A DNA stretch of 64,000 nt from Octopus sinensis (taxonomy: Eukaryota). Positions 13,904 to 27,062 of this stretch are shown one piece after another; position 1 is the first letter of the stretch; every line of letters begins with the position of its first letter. Below the pieces are notes generated by a model, which saw only the letters and a list, made by a program, of their open reading frames with translations, had not been told where the DNA came from and did not search any database. The stretch spans positions 165,106,001 through 165,170,000 of the forward strand of contig NC_042999.1 of the NCBI RefSeq assembly GCF_006345805.1, given 5' to 3'. Position numbers and translations under genes: made by a program.

Positions 13904-14204
13904 TATATGTAACAGTTGCCAGGAATGTGTTTATTATGCAAATTAGTCTATCTAATTGTGTTACACCGCTAAACCTAGTGGATATTTAAGCAATGTTTTC
14001 GGGTATACTTGATGGATAAGATGTGGTGCTGATGAAAGAGCAATAACTCTTGAAATATGTATATATATCCTTTACTTTTCCAACCTTCAATTGCATTGTT
14101 TATATAGATGTATTTGTTTACAAAGCATTGTAACTTGCGGTGCTGGGTCTGAATTCTATAGAAAATATGTTGAGATAAACTGTAAAGTCAATATAACTTT
14201 TCTC

Positions 14205-14620
14205 TTTTACTTGTTTCGGTCTGCGGCTATGCTGCAGCACTCCCTGAAGAGTTTAGTCGAGCAAATCGGCCCCAGAACTTATTTTTTGAAAGTATGGTAC
14301 TTAGTTTATCGGTCAGTTTTCCCGAAACGCTTGATTGTATTAACATAAACAAACCAACACCGGTTGTCAAGTGATGATAGAGTCAAATACAAACACAAAA
14401 CACACACACACAAATATATATATATACACACATATATACACACGTACATTTATGCGTATGCATGTATGTATGTATGGATGGATGGATGGATGGATGGATG
14501 GATGGATGGATGGATGGATGCTGAAAGAATGGATGGCTGTATCCACCAAATCTACTCACCAAGCTTTAGTCGGCTCAAGGTTATAGTAGAAGGCACCTGC
14601 TCAACCTGCGATGCAGTGGG
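14205..14620 (-). mobile_element. Decayed SINE family B with internal (CATC)n/(TA)n
   Basis: Homologous to 14755-15148. Confidence 0.7.
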
Positions 14621-14754
14621 ATTCACCAAATCTTTTAAAAATTAAAACTTTGAGCTATATCATTATCCCCTTATTGATTTGATTGGCTGAGTTTCAAACA
14701 TGATATTTCATTAAGTATTAAATCTATAAAGTCATTTTTTTATGAATAGTGAAC

Positions 14755-14912
14755 AGGAGTGGCTGTGTGGTAAGTAGCTTGCTTACCAACCACATGGTTC
14801 CGGGTTCAGTCCCACTGCGTGGCATCTTGGGCAAGTGTCTTCTGCTATAGCCCCGGGCCGACCAATGCCTTGTGAGTGGATTTGGTAGACGGAAACTGAA
14901 AGAAGCCTGTCG

Positions 14913-14951
<39 letters not shown>

Positions 14952-15148
14952 TTGTCCCCCTAGCATTGCTTGAGAACCGATGCTGGTGTGTTTACGTCCC
15001 CGTCACTTAGCGGTTCGGCAAAAGAGACCGATAGAATAAGTACTGGGCTTACAAAGAATAAGTCCTGGGGTCGATTTGCTCGACTAAAGGCGGTGCTCCA
15101 GCATGGCCGCAGTCAAATGACTGAAACAAGTAAAAGAGTAAAGAGAGT
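14755..15148 (+). mobile_element. Full-length tRNA-derived SINE family B
   Basis: A box TGGCTGTGTGG, B box GGTTCAGTCC, CORE-like CTTGGGCAAGT, internal (TA)/(TG) tract, tail ending in (GTAAAAGA) repeats. Confidence 0.88.
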
Positions 15149-16109
15149 AAATGAAAATGAAAATATAGTTTTTATTTTAGATCTTCGAGTAAATCTATGA
15201 TCATCAGCATTCCTCTGGTGACTATCTTGTTTTTGAGTATATAAAGGAACTGCATTATCCGACATGCTCTTCCTTTTGTAAAGATGATGGTGTGTGATTT
15301 GAAAGGGATTTGGCTGCTATTTCTAGCAAATTGAGCGTCTATGTAATACCTTTATTAGTTCTCATTAGCTTTTGTGTTATTTGACATTATTTATATAGTA
15401 GAGTATCAGTTTTTTAGAATTCTATTCCGAGCTACAAGGAAGTTTGAGCAAGTTGCATGTAGCCTGCTGTTTGTTTTACTTTTTACCCACAATTTCGTGG
15501 ACCAACAATAATTATTGGTAAAGGTGAAAATGTTCTTCAGATATGAACACTGTAGTACCCCCCTGACTGCTACTATTCCCAAGAGATCCATCGCTATAGA
15601 TCCACAGATCCATCGCCACAGGTCTACGGATCCCTCGCAGTGTTTGCTCAGATAAAGCTATGCAAAAACCATTCATCAGCGCAAAAGTGCCTTGTGGAAA
15701 TCATTTGTTTACATATAAACTTGACTCTAAGTTTTATTTGAGCTCATTACTTTTATTTCTAGATAAAGATGTCGAGGTCCTTATCAATATGAAGATACGG
15801 AAATAGCGGAGGAGGTCACCTCATACCCGAACTTGGAAGTAGGTGAGCCGATACCCCTCCGTAAACTGTGGAAACAAATACTGCTACTATTTCGTTTTGT
15901 GACAAGGGAATGATGATGACTGCCGAACAAAGTTTCTAAACTGTCGGTTAGAAAAGAAGAGGGGAAAAAGAAGTATTTCCAAAAGCGAGGTTAACTCCAA
16001 CAGAAATTTACAATACGGGTGAGCAACAATACCTTCCGTGGAACATCAAGGGTGCCTCTCCCTAGAGCAATGATGAAAATGATAAGGAGGAGAAAGATAA
16101 ATTGAGTTA

Positions 16110-16495
16110 CACCGTCTCTTTGCGATCGAACTTCTAAAATACTATTCCAATCCCTTATTAGTAATAAATATCGTGCAGCTCCCATGAAGATTTCTTGACG
16201 TCCAAAGATATTTGGTTATCCTCCTTCGGTGGATGCGTAGACAACTACTAGTATGCCTTTACTGTCATTCACATCCAGTACCTGCAACCTACTACTAGAA
16301 TCCAGGAAGATTATCTGTATGTCTAAACCTAATTCTTTCGGAAAAGCACTGCCACTCCACCTCAGACCACAAGATGAGGGGTGGAGTGTGTGCATTCCTG
16401 ACGTATATGTTTCATGGTGACGACCACATTTTTATGTCACGTGACCTGAGATCATTGACTTGCGTTCAAACTGATTCCAGAGCACGTATTAGATT
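16110..16495 (-). pseudogene. Tx1/L1-type APE endonuclease remnant
   Basis: Manual translation across frameshifts: NDLRSRDI.VVVT.ET, GGVAVLFRK, RLQVLDV, VVVYAST, LLLIRDWNSIL. Confidence 0.65.
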
Positions 16496-16899
16496 TTTCT
16501 GTGCGGAAATATATGGCATGGCAGAAGGCTGTAAGAACTTCTTTATTCTCTTGCCTAGACCATTTTCCTTTCTTTTATTTTTTTTTGGGGGGTTATTTGA
16601 TGACGGGCATGGGTGGCCATCTGTTGGAATATTCCGGTTGTAGGGTACACTCAGCTCCTGTGTGTCGGGAAGATTTGAACCAATAGCTGATTTTTTAATT
16701 AGAATCTGACTCTAAATGGCATTATGGCTATTAGAGAAAACAGACGACGAGATTACTCACGTTCACCATTGCGAATGGTGGGTGGCCTGTGTCCCCCCCC
16801 CTCTCTCTCTCTGACTAAACAAAGCTGGTGCCTCGTATTAAACTCTGTTCTCTTCCAATGCCAATTCAACCAAACGACTGGCCTCGTCTTCATTATTTG

Positions 16900-19800
16900 A
16901 TGTTGCTGTTGTGATTACTACTGTTGTTGTTGTTGTTACTGTTTTCGATGTCGTCGTCGTCGTTGTTGTTGTTGTTGTTGTTCTCGTCTTTGTTACTGTT
17001 AACTTTGTTACTGTTGCTGCTATTGTTGTTGTTGTCGTTGTTGTTGTTTTTGTTGTTTTTGTTGTTGTTGTTGTTGTTGTTGGTGGTGTGGTGGTGGTGG
17101 TGGTGGTGGTGGTGGTGGTGGTGTTGGTGGTGGTCATGGTGGTGGTGGTGATGGTGGTGGTGGTGGTGGTGATGGTGGTTGATGGTGGTGATGGTGGTGA
17201 TGGTGGTGGTGGTGGTTGTGGTGGTGGTGGTGGCGGTGGTGATGGTGGTGGTGTGGTGGTGGGTGGTGGTGGTGGTGATGGTGGTGGTGGTGATGGTGGT
17301 GTGGTGATGGTGTGGTTGTGGTGGTGGTGTGGTTGATGGTGGTTGATGGTGGTGATGGTGGAGATGGTGGTGTGTGGTGGTGGTGGTGATGGTGGTGGTG
17401 GTGGTGGTGGTGGTGGTGGTGGTGATGGTGGTGGTGGTGATGGTGGTTGAGGGTGGTGATGGTGGTGGATGGTGGTGGTGGTGGTGATGGTGGTGGTGGT
17501 GGTGATGGTGGTGGTGGTTGATGGTGGTGATGGTGGTGGGGTGGTGGTGGTGGTGGTGGTGATGGTGGTGGTGGTGGTGATGGGGTGGTGGTGATGGTCG
17601 TGATGATGGTGGTGGTGGTGGTGGTGGTGGTGGTGGTGGTGATTGATGGTGGTGTGGTGGTGGTGGTGGTGGTGGTGGTGGTGATGGTGGTGGTGATTGA
17701 TGGTTGGTGGTGGTGGGTGGTGGTGGTGGTGGTGGTGGTGATTGATGGTGGTGGTGGTGGTGGTGGTGGTGGTGGTGGTGGTGATGGTGGTGGTGGTGGT
17801 GTTGGTGGTGGTGATGGTGGTGGTGGTGGTGGTGGTGATGGTGGTGGTGGTGGTGGTGGTTGATGGTGGTGATGGTGGTGGTGGGTGGTGGGTGGTGGTG
17901 ATGGTGGTGGTGGTGGTGGTGGTGGTGGTGGTGGTGATGGTGGTGGTGGTGGTTGTTGTGGTGGTGGTGGGGGTGGTGATGGTGGTGGTGGTGATTGGTG
18001 GTGGTGGTATGGTGGTGGTGGTGGTGGTGGTGATGGTGGTTGATGGTGGTTGATGGTGGTGATGGTGGTGGTGGTGGTTGGTGGTGGTGGTGGTGGTGAT
18101 GGTGATGGGTGGTGGTGGTGATGGTGGTGATGGTGTGGTGGTGGTGGTGATGGTGGTGGTGGTGGTGATGGTGGTGGTGGTGGTGATGGTGGTGATGGTG
18201 GTGGGTGGTGTGGTGGTGGTGGTGATGGTGGTGGTGGTGGTGGTGGTGATGGGGTGGTGGTGATGGTCGTGATGATGGTGGTGGTGGTGGTGGTGGTGGG
18301 GGTGGTTGGTGATTGATGGTGGTGGTGGTGGTGGTGGTTGGTGGTGGTGTGGTGGTGATGGTGGTGGTGGTGATGGTGGTGGTGGTGAGGTGGTGATGGT
18401 GGTGGTGGTGATGGTGGTGGTTGGTGGTGGTGGTGGTGGTGGTGGTGGGTGGTGGTGGTTGATGGTGGTGATGTGGTGGTGGTGGTTGGTGGTGGTGGTG
18501 GTGGTGATGGTGGTGGTGGTGATGGTGGTGGTGATGTTGGTTGATGGTGGTTGATGGTGGTGATGGTGGTGGTGGTGGTGGTGGTGGTGGTGGTGGTGGT
18601 GATGGTGATGGTGGTGGTGGTGGTGGTTGTGGTGGTGGTGGTGGTGGTGGTGATGGTGATGGTGGTGGTGGTGGGTGGTGGTGATGGTGATGGGTGGTGG
18701 TGGTGATGGTGATGGTGGTGGTGGTGGTGGTGGTGATGGTGATGGTGGTGGTGGTGGTGGTGGTGGGGTTGGTGGTGGTGGTGGTTGTGGTGATGGTGAT
18801 GGTGGTGGTGGTGGTGGTGGTGGTGGTGGTGGTGGATGGTGGTTGATGGTGGTGATGGTGGTTGTGGTGGTGGTGGTGGGTGGTGGTGATGGTGATGGTG
18901 GTGGTGGTGGTGGTGGTGGTGTGGTGGTGGTGATGGTGGTGGTGGGTGGTGGTGGTGGTGGTGGTGGTGGTGATGGTGGTGGTGGTGGTGGTGGTGGTGG
19001 TGATGGTGGTGGTGGTGGTGGTGGGGGTGGTGGGTGGTGGTGATGGTGGTGGTGGGATGGTGGTGGTGGTGGTGGTGGTGATGGTGATGGTGGTGGTGGT
19101 GATGGTGGTTGATGGTGGTGGTGGTGGTTGTGGTGGTGGTGATGGTGGTGGTGGTGGGTGGTGGTGGTGGGGTGGTGATGGTGGTGGTTGGTGGTGGTGG
19201 TGGTGGTGGTGGTGATGGTTGGTGGTGGTGGTGGTGTGTGGTGGTGATGGTGGTGATGGTGGTTGGTGGTGGTGGTGGTTGTGGTGATGGTGGTGATGGG
19301 TGGTGATGGTGTTGGTGGTGGTGGTGGTATGGTGGTGGTGGTGGTTGGTGGTTGGTGGTTGGTGGTTGGTGGTGGTGTGGTGGTGGTGGTGTGGTGGTGT
19401 GGTGTGGTGGGGTGGTGGGTGGTGGTGATGGTGGTGTGGTGGTGGTGGTGGTGGTGGTGGTGATGGTGGTGATGGTGTGTGGTGGTGGTGGTTGGTGGTG
19501 GTGATGGTGGTGATGGTGTTGGTGGTGGTGGTGGGTGGTGGTGGTGGTGGTGGTGGTGTTGGTGGTTGGTGGTGGTGGTGGTGGTGGTGGTGGTGGTGTT
19601 GGTGATGGTGGTGTGGTGGTGTTGTGGTGGTGGTGTGGTGGTGATGGTGTTGGTGGTTGTGGTGGTGGTGATGGTGGTGATGGTGTTTGTGTTGTGGTGT
19701 GGTGGTGGTGGTGTGGTGGTGATGGTGGTGGTGGTGGTGGTTGGTGATGGTGTGGTGGTGGTGGTGGGTGGTGGGTGGTGGTGATGGTGGTGGTGATGGT

Positions 19801-21936
19801 GGTTGGTTGATGGTGGTGGGGTGGTGGTTGGTGGTGTGTGGTGGTGGTGGTTGTGGTGATGGTTGGTGGATGGTGGTGTGGTGGTGGTGTTGGTGATGGT
19901 GGTGGTGGTTGGTGGTGGTGGTGATGGTGATGGGTGGTGGGTGGTGGTGGTGTTGGTGGTGATGGTGGTGGTGGTGGTGGTGGTGGTGGTGGTGGTGGCG
20001 GTGGTGGTGGTGATGGTGGTGGTGGTGGTGATGGTGGTGGTGGTGATGGTGTTGATGGTGGTGGATGGTGGTGATGGTGGTGGTGGTGGTGGTTGGTGGT
20101 GGTGGTGGTTGATGGTGGTGGTGGTGGTGTGGTGGTGGTGGATGGTGGTGGTGGTGGTGGTGGGGTGGTGGGGGTGGTGATGGTGGGTGGTGGGGTGATG
20201 GTGGTTGTTGTGGTGGTGGTGATGGTGATGGTGGTGGTGGTGATGGTGGTTGATGGTGGTGGTGGTGGTTGTTGGTGGTGGTGATGGTGGTGGTGTGGTG
20301 GTGGTGGTGGTTGGTGGTGGTGATGGTGGTGGTGGTGGTGGGGTGGTGGTGGTGGTGATGGTGGTGGTGGGTGGTGGTGGTGGTGGTGATGGTGGTGGAT
20401 GGTGGTGGTGGGTGGTGGTGGTGGTGGTGATGGTGGTGATGGTGTTGGTGGTGGTGGTGGGTGGTGGTGGTGGTGGTGGGTGGTGATGGTGATGGTGGTG
20501 GTGGGTGGTGGTGATGGTGGGGTGGTGGGTGGTGGTGTGGTGGTGGTGGTGGTGGTGATGGTGGTGATGGTTTGGTGGTGGTGGTGGGTGGTGGTTGATG
20601 GTGGTGATGGTGTTGGTGGTGGTGGTGGCGGTGGTGGTGGTGATGGTGGTGGTGGTGGTGATGGTGGTGGTGGTGGTGGTGGTGGTGGTTGGTGGTGGTG
20701 GTGGTGGTGGTGGTGGTGTGGTGATGGTGGTGATGTGGTGGTGTGTGGTGGTTGGTGTGGTGGTGGATGGTGGTGATGGTGTTGGTGGTGGTGTTGGTGT
20801 GGTGGTGGTGGTGGTGGTGATGGTGGTGGTGGCTGGTGGTGTTGATGGTGGGTGGTGGTGGTGGGTGGTGGTGTGGTGGTGATGGTTGGTGGTGATGGTG
20901 GTGGTGATGTGGTGGTGGTGGTGGTGGTGTTGGTTGGTGGTGGTTGTGGTGATGGTGGTGATGGTGGGTGGTGGTGTTGGTGATGGTGGTGGTCGTGGTG
21001 GTGGTGGTGATTGTGATGGTGTTGGTGGTGGTGGTTGTGGTGGTGGTGGTGATGGTGGTGGTGGTGTGTGTGGTGGTGGTGGTGGGTGGTGGTTGTGGTG
21101 ATGGTGGTGGTTGTGGTGATGGTGGTGGTGGTGGTGATTGGTGGTTGATGGTGGTGATTGTGGTGGTGGTGGTGGTGGTGGGTGGTGGTGGTGTGGTGGT
21201 GATGGTGGTTGTGGTGGTGGTGGTAGTGATGGTGTGGTGGTGGTGGTGGTGGTTTAGGTGGTGGTGGTGGTGGGTGGTGGTGATGGTTTTTGATGGTGGT
21301 TGATGGTGGTGATGGTGGTGATGGTGGTGATGGTGGTGGTGGTGGTGGTGGTGGTGGTAGTGATGGTGGTGGTGGTGGTGGTGGTGGTTATGGTGGTGGT
21401 GGTGGGTGGTGGTGGTGATGGTGGTGCTGGTGGTGATGGTGGTTGATGGTGGTTGATGGTGGTGATGGTGGTGATGGTGTTGATGGTGGTGGTGGTGGTG
21501 GTGGTGGTGGTGGTAGTGATGGTGATGGTGGTGGTGATGATGGTGGTGGTGGTGGTGGGTAGTGGTGGTGTAGGTGGTGGTGGTGGTTGTAGTGGTGTAG
21601 GTGGTGGTGGTGGTGGTGGTTGTGGTGGTGATAGTGGTTGATGGTGGTGATGATGGTGGTGGTGGTGGTGGTGGTGGTGATGGTGGTGATGGTGTTGGTG
21701 TTGCTGGTGGTGTTGGTGGTGGTGGTGGTGGTGGTGGTGGTTGTGGTGGTGGTGGTGATGGTGGTGGTGGCGGTGGTGGTGATGGTGGTGGTGGTGGTGG
21801 TGGTGGTGGTGGTGATGGTGGTGGTGATGGTGGTGGTGATGGTGGTGGTGGTGGTGGTGGTGTTGTTGGTGGTTGTGGTGATGGTGGTGATGGTGGTGGT
21901 GGTCTGGTGATGGTGGTGGTGGTGGTGGTGGTGGTG
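16900..21936. repeat. Giant degenerate (GGT)n/(GAT) array of about 4.9 kb preceded by (GTT)n
   Basis: Seen directly; accounts for all ORFs between 16838 and 22017. Confidence 0.97.
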
Positions 21937-22369
21937 ACGACGAAGGCGGTCATAGTGGCGGTGGTACTTACATGACATGGACATAACGTGAATGCTCGTA
22001 CAAACTACACGAAGCACTGACCACTCTGTTCACATGGTAGTCAGCAAGCTCTTGATTATGCAAGGTGCAGCTTCTCACTGTTGAGAAGTTATGAAAACCA
22101 CACGGTGTCTCATCAAACAAGGAATGCTGTTTATCTTAACAGTCCGATTACGTATCAACAAAAGGAACAGCCCCAAACCGTTTTTAATATGCAGTAAATA
22201 CCGGGTACTGTATTCCTAGATATTCTGTCAGATAAAAATGCAATGTTCCTGGTTGGAACACATTTGATTATAGGTCTGAATGATCAGAATTTACATGGGG
22301 TCAGAAACCAACAATCATATTACACACTATATACGCATGTCTGTGCCTACACATTTTTTATATATATTG

Positions 22370-22703
22370 GTATTTCTTCCGAGAGGAATGTAGCTAGGTT
22401 CTAAGAAAAAAGCAAAGTCAATGATTAAATTTGGATAGCAACAAGGATAATTGTTACATATCGAACTATAAGAAAATTTCGCTTACGTTTACTGTTCCGA
22501 TTACACATTGTATCGGTAAAGTTCGTGTTGACCGGTCTCTTTCTTTGCTTAAAAATCCTAGCTTTTCTAGGTTGTCACTTAGTTGTTTATCAACATAACA
22601 TAGAGCACCAATGATTACGGACATAAATGTAATTATATAATCAATGCATAGGAGCTGCAGGTCTCGAAGCGGTTGTCCATAAATATTCTCCTTCTCTCTA
22701 CTG
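22370..22703 (-). mobile_element. 3' fragment of an RLE-type LINE (second R4-like family)
   Basis: EKENIYGQPLRDLQLL..VIIGALCYV, homologous to the fragments at 36130-37280 and 50545-50940. Confidence 0.75.
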
Positions 22704-22764
22704 AATGTATGTACGTATACATACATAGCATACATAAACACACACATACACACACATATAAATT

Positions 22765-23140
22765 CTTTTCTACTATAGGCACAAGGCCTGAAATTTTGAG
22801 GGAGGGGGCAGTCGATTAGATCGACCCCAGTGCACAACTGGTACTTAATTTATCGACCTCGAAAGGATGAAAAGCAAAGTCGAACTCGACAGAATTTGAA
22901 CTCAGAACGTAAAGACAGATGAAATACCTATTTCTTTACTCCCCACAAGGGGCTGAACACAGAGAGGACAAACAAGGACAGACAAACGGATTAAGTCGAT
23001 TATATCGACCCCAGTGCGTAACTGGTACTTATTTAATCGACCTCGAAAGGATGAAAGGCAAAGTCGACTTCGGCGGAATTTGAACTCAGAACGTAGCGAC
23101 AGATGAAATACCGCTAAGCATTTCGCCAGCTCGCCGCCTT
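22765..23140 (-). mobile_element. SINE family A composite (Tx1-tailed monomer joined to a second family A body)
   Basis: Two B boxes and two cores joined at TAAAGAAATA|GGTATTTC. Confidence 0.88.
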
Positions 23141-23163
23141 ACACACACATACACACACGCACG

Positions 23164-23220
<57 letters not shown>

Positions 23221-23221
<1 letters not shown>

Positions 23222-23447
23222 ATCAAAGCAATTAAGATTCAATTCCAATGAATTTACTTGAATGTGGTACTTAACTTAGATGCACCAGAAAAACAATATG
23301 GTGTTAACCATACAGTAATGTGGGGTGATTATAAACGAGAAAGAAGCAACAAGAATGGATTAGTTTTTAGTACAATTGTACTAAAGTCTGTCTTTGTATG
23401 AAACAATTGTACTAAAAACTAATCCATTCTTGTTGCTTCTTTCTCGT
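23221..23447. mobile_element. Penelope-type inverted-repeat insertion in (TA)n
   Basis: Perfect 45-bp inverted repeat 23335-23379/23403-23447, one-sided extension 23221-23334, and hammerhead 3' half GAAAC-AATT-GTA. Confidence 0.6.
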
Positions 23448-23589
23448 ATATATATATATATATATTAAACGTGCATATGTGTCTGTTTTTGTGCGCGCAG
23501 GACCAAATTAAGTGAAAGTATTTCCTTGTGAGAAAATGAAATTAAGACTCATGGCGCGTAGCTAGTCGAATGAACAAGTGGGTCTAATG

Positions 23590-23880
23590 TCTAGATCCGC
23601 TACTCCTCTAGATTCTGCTGGTGACCTGAGTGGAGGGGAAGAATATGAATTCTGTTGGAACTTGATATTTGTTGTTATTTATGCTCTTTCATGTTAATGA
23701 GTTTATTGATAGTACTGCAATGTTCGTATGTTTTATTGTGATATGCAGCGTGTGTACAGTTAGCTATACGACTGCTACCATCATCAAGCCTGCTTCCAGT
23801 ATAGTGGCTTGGTTACTGTTATACTTAGCAGTATTACTGGTTAGTAGTATATATCCTGGAAAGGATAGCACGATTACAGG
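23590..23880 (-). pseudogene. RTE-like APE endonuclease remnant
   Basis: GYILLTSNTAKYNSNQATILEAGLMM resembles the RTE endonuclease N-terminal region. Confidence 0.35.
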
Positions 23881-23889
23881 AGTGTTGTA

Positions 23890-24110
23890 GATATATCGAA
23901 GACTTGTTAGGTTGTGGGTTCTATTCTCAGACCAAACATTGCGTTAAATCCTTGAGCATTTCATATCACATAGTTTTCCGCTCCACTCAGCTGCAAATGA
24001 GTGCCTGCAGCAGATGGTTTTAACCCTGCGACAGACTAGTGTCCCGTTCAAGAGGAACCCTTGTGTTTTCACTCCCTTAAACGCCTCTGAAACACGTAGG
24101 GAAAAGAAAT
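23890..24110 (+). mobile_element. Decayed SINE with V-SINE-like core
   Basis: B-box-like GGTTCTATTCTC, then CCACTCAGCTGCAAATGAGTGCCTG and AACCCTGCGACAGACTAGTGTCCCGTTCAAG. Confidence 0.55.
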
Positions 24111-24159
24111 TGGAAAAGGATAAACTTCTTCTGCGAAGCCTATCCCAGACGCTGCAAAA

Positions 24160-24480
24160 CACCGTTGCCCTCCGTTGGTTTCACCCAGCACATAATATTT
24201 CGCATCAACCAGCTCCTCAGCATGCAAAAGCTGCTACATAATGAGCCTTCAGTTAACTGTACATCTGTACACAACTGGAATGACGTGGTCACCAGAAGGA
24301 CAACAGAGAAAGGGGCAACCTAACAATACCCGCTACCGAACACTCACGAAGAACCACGAGGACCAACTGGAAAGAGGCGGAATAGACTACGGCATATCGA
24401 GCATTCTGGCGGAAGGCTGATGCTTTCTGAGTATCACAATGCAAGAGGCATAAGTTTAGTTATTACTGTAATAATTTTCA
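24160..24480 (+). mobile_element. RTE LINE 3' remnant
   Basis: LRWF and WSPEGQQRKGQPNNT resemble the RTE C-terminal W.P.G.R.RGRP motif. Confidence 0.5.
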
Positions 24481-25076
24481 GATAATTTCATTGATTTCTT
24501 GGAAACAACTGGTATCAGTAAAATTCAGAAGACTGAGAAAGATTCTTTGTCACGAGGAGTATAGAATATAACATTTACTTGTCATTTTTTCTTCGTGTGA
24601 TAGAGAGGGAAGAAAGGAAGGAAATAAGAAAAGCTAAAGTTGATGGGTCGATCTTGAAAGGAGTGGGATAGATAAGTGGGCTGGCGTGACAGAATAAGTA
24701 ACGAAGACGGTAAGGTGAAGAAAGAATATGTTGGATAGAAAATTAAACAGGTACAATACCTTAAAGAATTCCGTATAGGGATTTCATAAAAGGATGACAA
24801 ACTGAAGTAGTGAAACGGTTTGGAACAATGCCTCAAAGAACTACACAATTAAACACTTACGATGATAGATTAAAGTATTGTTCGGTGGATAGAATTGGAC
24901 AAGAATACGGTCATGTTGAGGAGCAAACATCAATACAAGTACGAGATCTTATTAAATATTGTATTCGCGTCAGACACAAAGCTGGAGAAAGTGGCGTTAA
25001 AACATTCATGATAACATGCCATAAAATCCATACTCGTTTACACAAATATAAACATTCAGCAGGGTGACATCGAAAG

Positions 25077-25116
<40 letters not shown>

Positions 25117-25532
25117 TCGCCATTTTAAGTAATATTTGTTTTTAAGATATTAAAAACGTAATTTGAACATGCATTTTAGTTCGTAGTCTACTTTTTAGAA
25201 ACTAAATTTGGCAAATTACAAAAAATAAATTACAATAATATGATTATACACTAAATGAAAACTTAAAACGACTGATAATAGTTACGGTTGTTTTTCTTTT
25301 TATTAATTTGATAAATCATGTACTTTATTTCTGAGAAGAAGTCTATGCGATAAACTAGCTTCAAACTGGCAAAATGTTTCTCCGATCGACTATTCATATG
25401 TAAGAGCTGTCTGTGTGAAGTAGCAGCAGCGAAAGAACGATGACTGGAAACAGTCTTTTTCTCAATTAAAAATTCATTCCTCCGTTTAGAAATGTTGTTA
25501 ATTTACTAGTATTATTATGATAATAATACTGC

Positions 25533-25536
<4 letters not shown>

Positions 25537-25625
<89 letters not shown>

Positions 25626-25670
25626 TATATACATATATATATATAATATTATATATATATAATATATAAT

Positions 25671-25753
<83 letters not shown>

Positions 25754-25758
25754 TATAC

Positions 25759-25816
<58 letters not shown>
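25537..25816. repeat. (TA)n microsatellite
   Basis: Seen directly. Confidence 0.95.
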
Positions 25817-25822
<6 letters not shown>

Positions 25823-26009
25823 TAATTTCCTGTCAAAATAATTGAATATTTTTTTTCTTTTTCTTTTCGTCTCCTGTCGATGGAAGGGTGTTTGTTTTCG
25901 TTCGAATATCTGCTTTAGATGAGAAGTTTTTTTTAAACGCTGTAAAGAAGCGGAAGAAACCCCGAAAAACATTCTGTTTGACGCGCAGATGACTTATAAC
26001 AACTGTTTC

Positions 26010-26455
26010 AAATATTTAGCACAAGGCCAGCATTTTTAGGGAGTGTGAGTAGTTGATTACATCGATCTCAGTGCTCAGTTGGTATTTGTTCCTTATTTTA
26101 TCGACCCCTTAAGGATGAAAGCTAAAACTGATCTCTACAGAATTTGAACATAGAACATAAAGAACCAGAAGAAATGCCGCCAAGCATTTTGTCCGGCATG
26201 ATAAAGATTCTGGCGGTTCACTACCTTAATAATAATACTAAGCCTTTCTACTTAAGAGTACAAGGCCTGAAATTTTGGGGGGGAGGCCTAGTCGATTACA
26301 TCGACCCCAATATTTCACCGATACTTAATTTATCGACTCCGAAAGGATGAAAGGCAAAGCCGACCCTGGCGGAATTTGAACTCTGAACGTGAAAATGGAT
26401 GAAATGCTGCCCGCTTTGCCCGGCATGCTAACAGTTCTGCCAAGCTCGCCGCCTT
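26010..26455 (-). mobile_element. Two tandem SINE family A copies
   Basis: Family A core and B box twice, separated by a TAA spacer. Confidence 0.82.
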
Positions 26456-26479
26456 AATAATAATGATGATAGACTGTCG

Positions 26480-26757
26480 CGTCGAAGACGACGTATGAAC
26501 ATTGGGCTTTTGCCGAACGATCTGCACAAATGATTTGTTTCTAATGATCAAATGTTCGTGCCGCACATTAGCTCACTCTCCCTCCGTCAAATCGACGTTG
26601 CCTGAACAGGTGCCACAGGTGTTACCACACATCAGGTGTCTAAGTGACCACAGAGCAACGCGAGATGAAGTATTTCGCTCAACAATACAACGCAGTCTCG
26701 ATCTAGCAGTTGAAACCACGACCCCGCGATCATGTGTAAAACACCCTAACCACTATA
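26480..26757 (-). mobile_element. tRNA-derived SINE (family D, decayed)
   Basis: Minus strand AGTGGTTAGGGTG..GTCGTGGTTTCAACT head, then TTGAGCGAAATAC, similar to the head of 48306-48676. Confidence 0.55.
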
Positions 26758-26822
26758 AAAACAACATCACCATCAACAACAACAACAACGATGATAATAA
26801 TAATAATAATAATAATAAAAAT

Positions 26823-26857
<35 letters not shown>

Positions 26858-26858
26858 T

Positions 26859-26898
<40 letters not shown>

Positions 26899-26929
26899 TA
26901 ATAATAATAATAATAATGATAATAATAAT

Positions 26930-27006
<77 letters not shown>

Positions 27007-27062
27007 TTATAATAATAATAATTATAATAATATAATAATAATATTATAATAATAATAATAAT
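26758..27062. repeat. (AAC)n/(AAT)n microsatellite
   Basis: Seen directly. Confidence 0.95.

Noticed and set aside
16893-21953. 1686-aa His/Pro/Thr-rich ORF
   Set aside because: It is the translation of (ACC/ATC)n. That strand almost cannot form stop codons, and the phase shifts randomly between poly-H, poly-P and poly-T.
25865-25985. Possible hammerhead (CTGTCGA..GAAA)
   Set aside because: Core and stems are too degenerate; the same applies to the similar trace at about 15910-15950.
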